Assembly (NCBI RefSeq): GCF_001194135.2
Contig: NC_068993.1
Coordinates: 30,269,874-30,333,873 of the forward strand
DNA from: Octopus bimaculoides
Lineage: Eukaryota
DNA: 64,000 nt
Reading direction: 5' to 3'
The translations under genes were made by a program, and so were the position numbers. Positions within the stretch are counted from its first letter, which is position 1; each line of letters starts with the position of its first letter. Positions 62,563-64,000 of this stretch are shown piece by piece. The notes below the pieces were generated by a model. The model saw only the letters and a list, made by a program, of their open reading frames with translations, was not told the origin of the DNA and searched no databases.

Positions 62563-63092
62563 GCGTGTGCGTGTGTAACTTAACATACATATATGCATAT
62601 TAATATGCACCTGCATACGTATATACATGCAAAACGTTTAGAAAATGAGGAGATTACTCATAGATATCAGAACAAGAATCGCTGCAGATAAATTTTCCTT
62701 TTATTGCTTAATTTGTCACAAAAATAAATCTCGATGGTTTTTGTTGGCATTATAATGCAATAATAAACACATAACACGTGGTTCAAGAATACAGCATGGA
62801 ATAGAACAGAATGCGACATGAAAAGTTTCAGGTCTTAATCATCAACAATCAAAGCAAATTTTACGTGAATGTGTTTGCGAAAATGAGCTCAAGTGAGTCA
62901 ACGTAATAATATATATTGTAGAAAGACATTAATGTACGCGGCTTGTATCAGTAGAATAATTTAACTTGTAGAGTTAAATGTCTAAGAGGAGATAAATTGT
63001 CATAAGCAATCATAAAAAAATAATCGGTTAAAAGTATTTAAACTTGTGGAAATAATCCCATTATGGATAGATAAAAAAACTGATGGCTAGTC

Positions 63093-63129
<37 letters not shown>

Positions 63130-63554
63130 AGTGAAGATGGGGTCGGGTGAGACAGGGAAAGAAGGAGAGAGATAGAGAGAGAAATTTGTGAGAACAGAGC
63201 GAGCGTGGAAAGAGAAAGAAGTGAAGGACCGAGTGAGAGGAGGGAAGAAAAGAAAGAAAGATGGAAAAAGGGTAGTAAAGAAAAGGGACATAGAGAGATT
63301 AAACACGTTAGTTATAGTTACCGTTGTGAGAAAGAGTATGGTGTCTGTTGTAGACCGATTGAAGCAAAAGAGAGCCACAACGTCACATTGCGTTTTCATT
63401 TTCTCAATCACTTGTCTCCAAAGACGACTGTCTCTCAGCTAATACCTTTTTTTTTGCTATAACACATCTCACAGCAGTGACACAAAAATGTAGACTGCAG
63501 GAAATCGCTACACACCAACACATATAAGCATATACATAATACACACATGTATAG

Positions 63555-63618
<64 letters not shown>

Positions 63619-64000
63619 NNNNNNNNNNTATATATATATATATATAGGGGAGAATGTACGAAAAAAAAACAACAACGAACGAGGACAGGTGGTGTAAACA
63701 ACAAAAGGATGTATTAGTTTGACGCTCGGGAATACAGAAAGTCTTTAACGTTTCGAGCTACGTTCTTCAAGAGAAAGAATACGGAGAAAACAAGGAGAAA
63801 AACACGGAGAAAAAAAATTGAATGGTGTTTGGTCAGCGATTAATCATGACACACACACACACACGTAAATAATATATGTGTATATGAATACATACACACA
63901 CACACACATCTCTGAGCGACTTCAGTGAACCTGTTAATACAACTTCTTTTAAAAACACTACCTGTAACAGTTTAAAACATTATTTGTAACCGTTAACTTT

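Overview
AT-rich, gapped eukaryotic scaffold dominated by microsatellites and decayed transposons. The repeat content suggests an octopus genome, which is an inference. One host gene is supported: three + strand exons (45724-45788, 56588-56655, 59987-60213) of an anion-type Cys-loop ligand-gated channel resembling glycine receptor alpha. They join in frame through canonical AG/GT sites; the signal-peptide exon was not found and the rest of the gene lies beyond the window. Mobile elements include many R4/Dong-like RLE LINE fragments tied to (TAA)n tracts, an L1/Tx1 LINE with a 15-bp TSD, a CR1-like LINE, a Gypsy integrase remnant, three Penelope-like elements (two Naiad-like, one Neptune-like), a Merlin transposase, a Helentron derivative, Tc1/mariner-type MITEs and three SINE families. 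The most striking unannotated signal is a set of about nine type I hammerhead ribozyme motifs: two carry compensatory 3-8 core pairs (A3-U8, U3-A8), three have a greatly expanded stem II, and one is a complete minimal hammerhead inside a tRNA-headed SINE. All structures were folded by eye; no searches or folding programs were run, and most TE boundaries are approximate.
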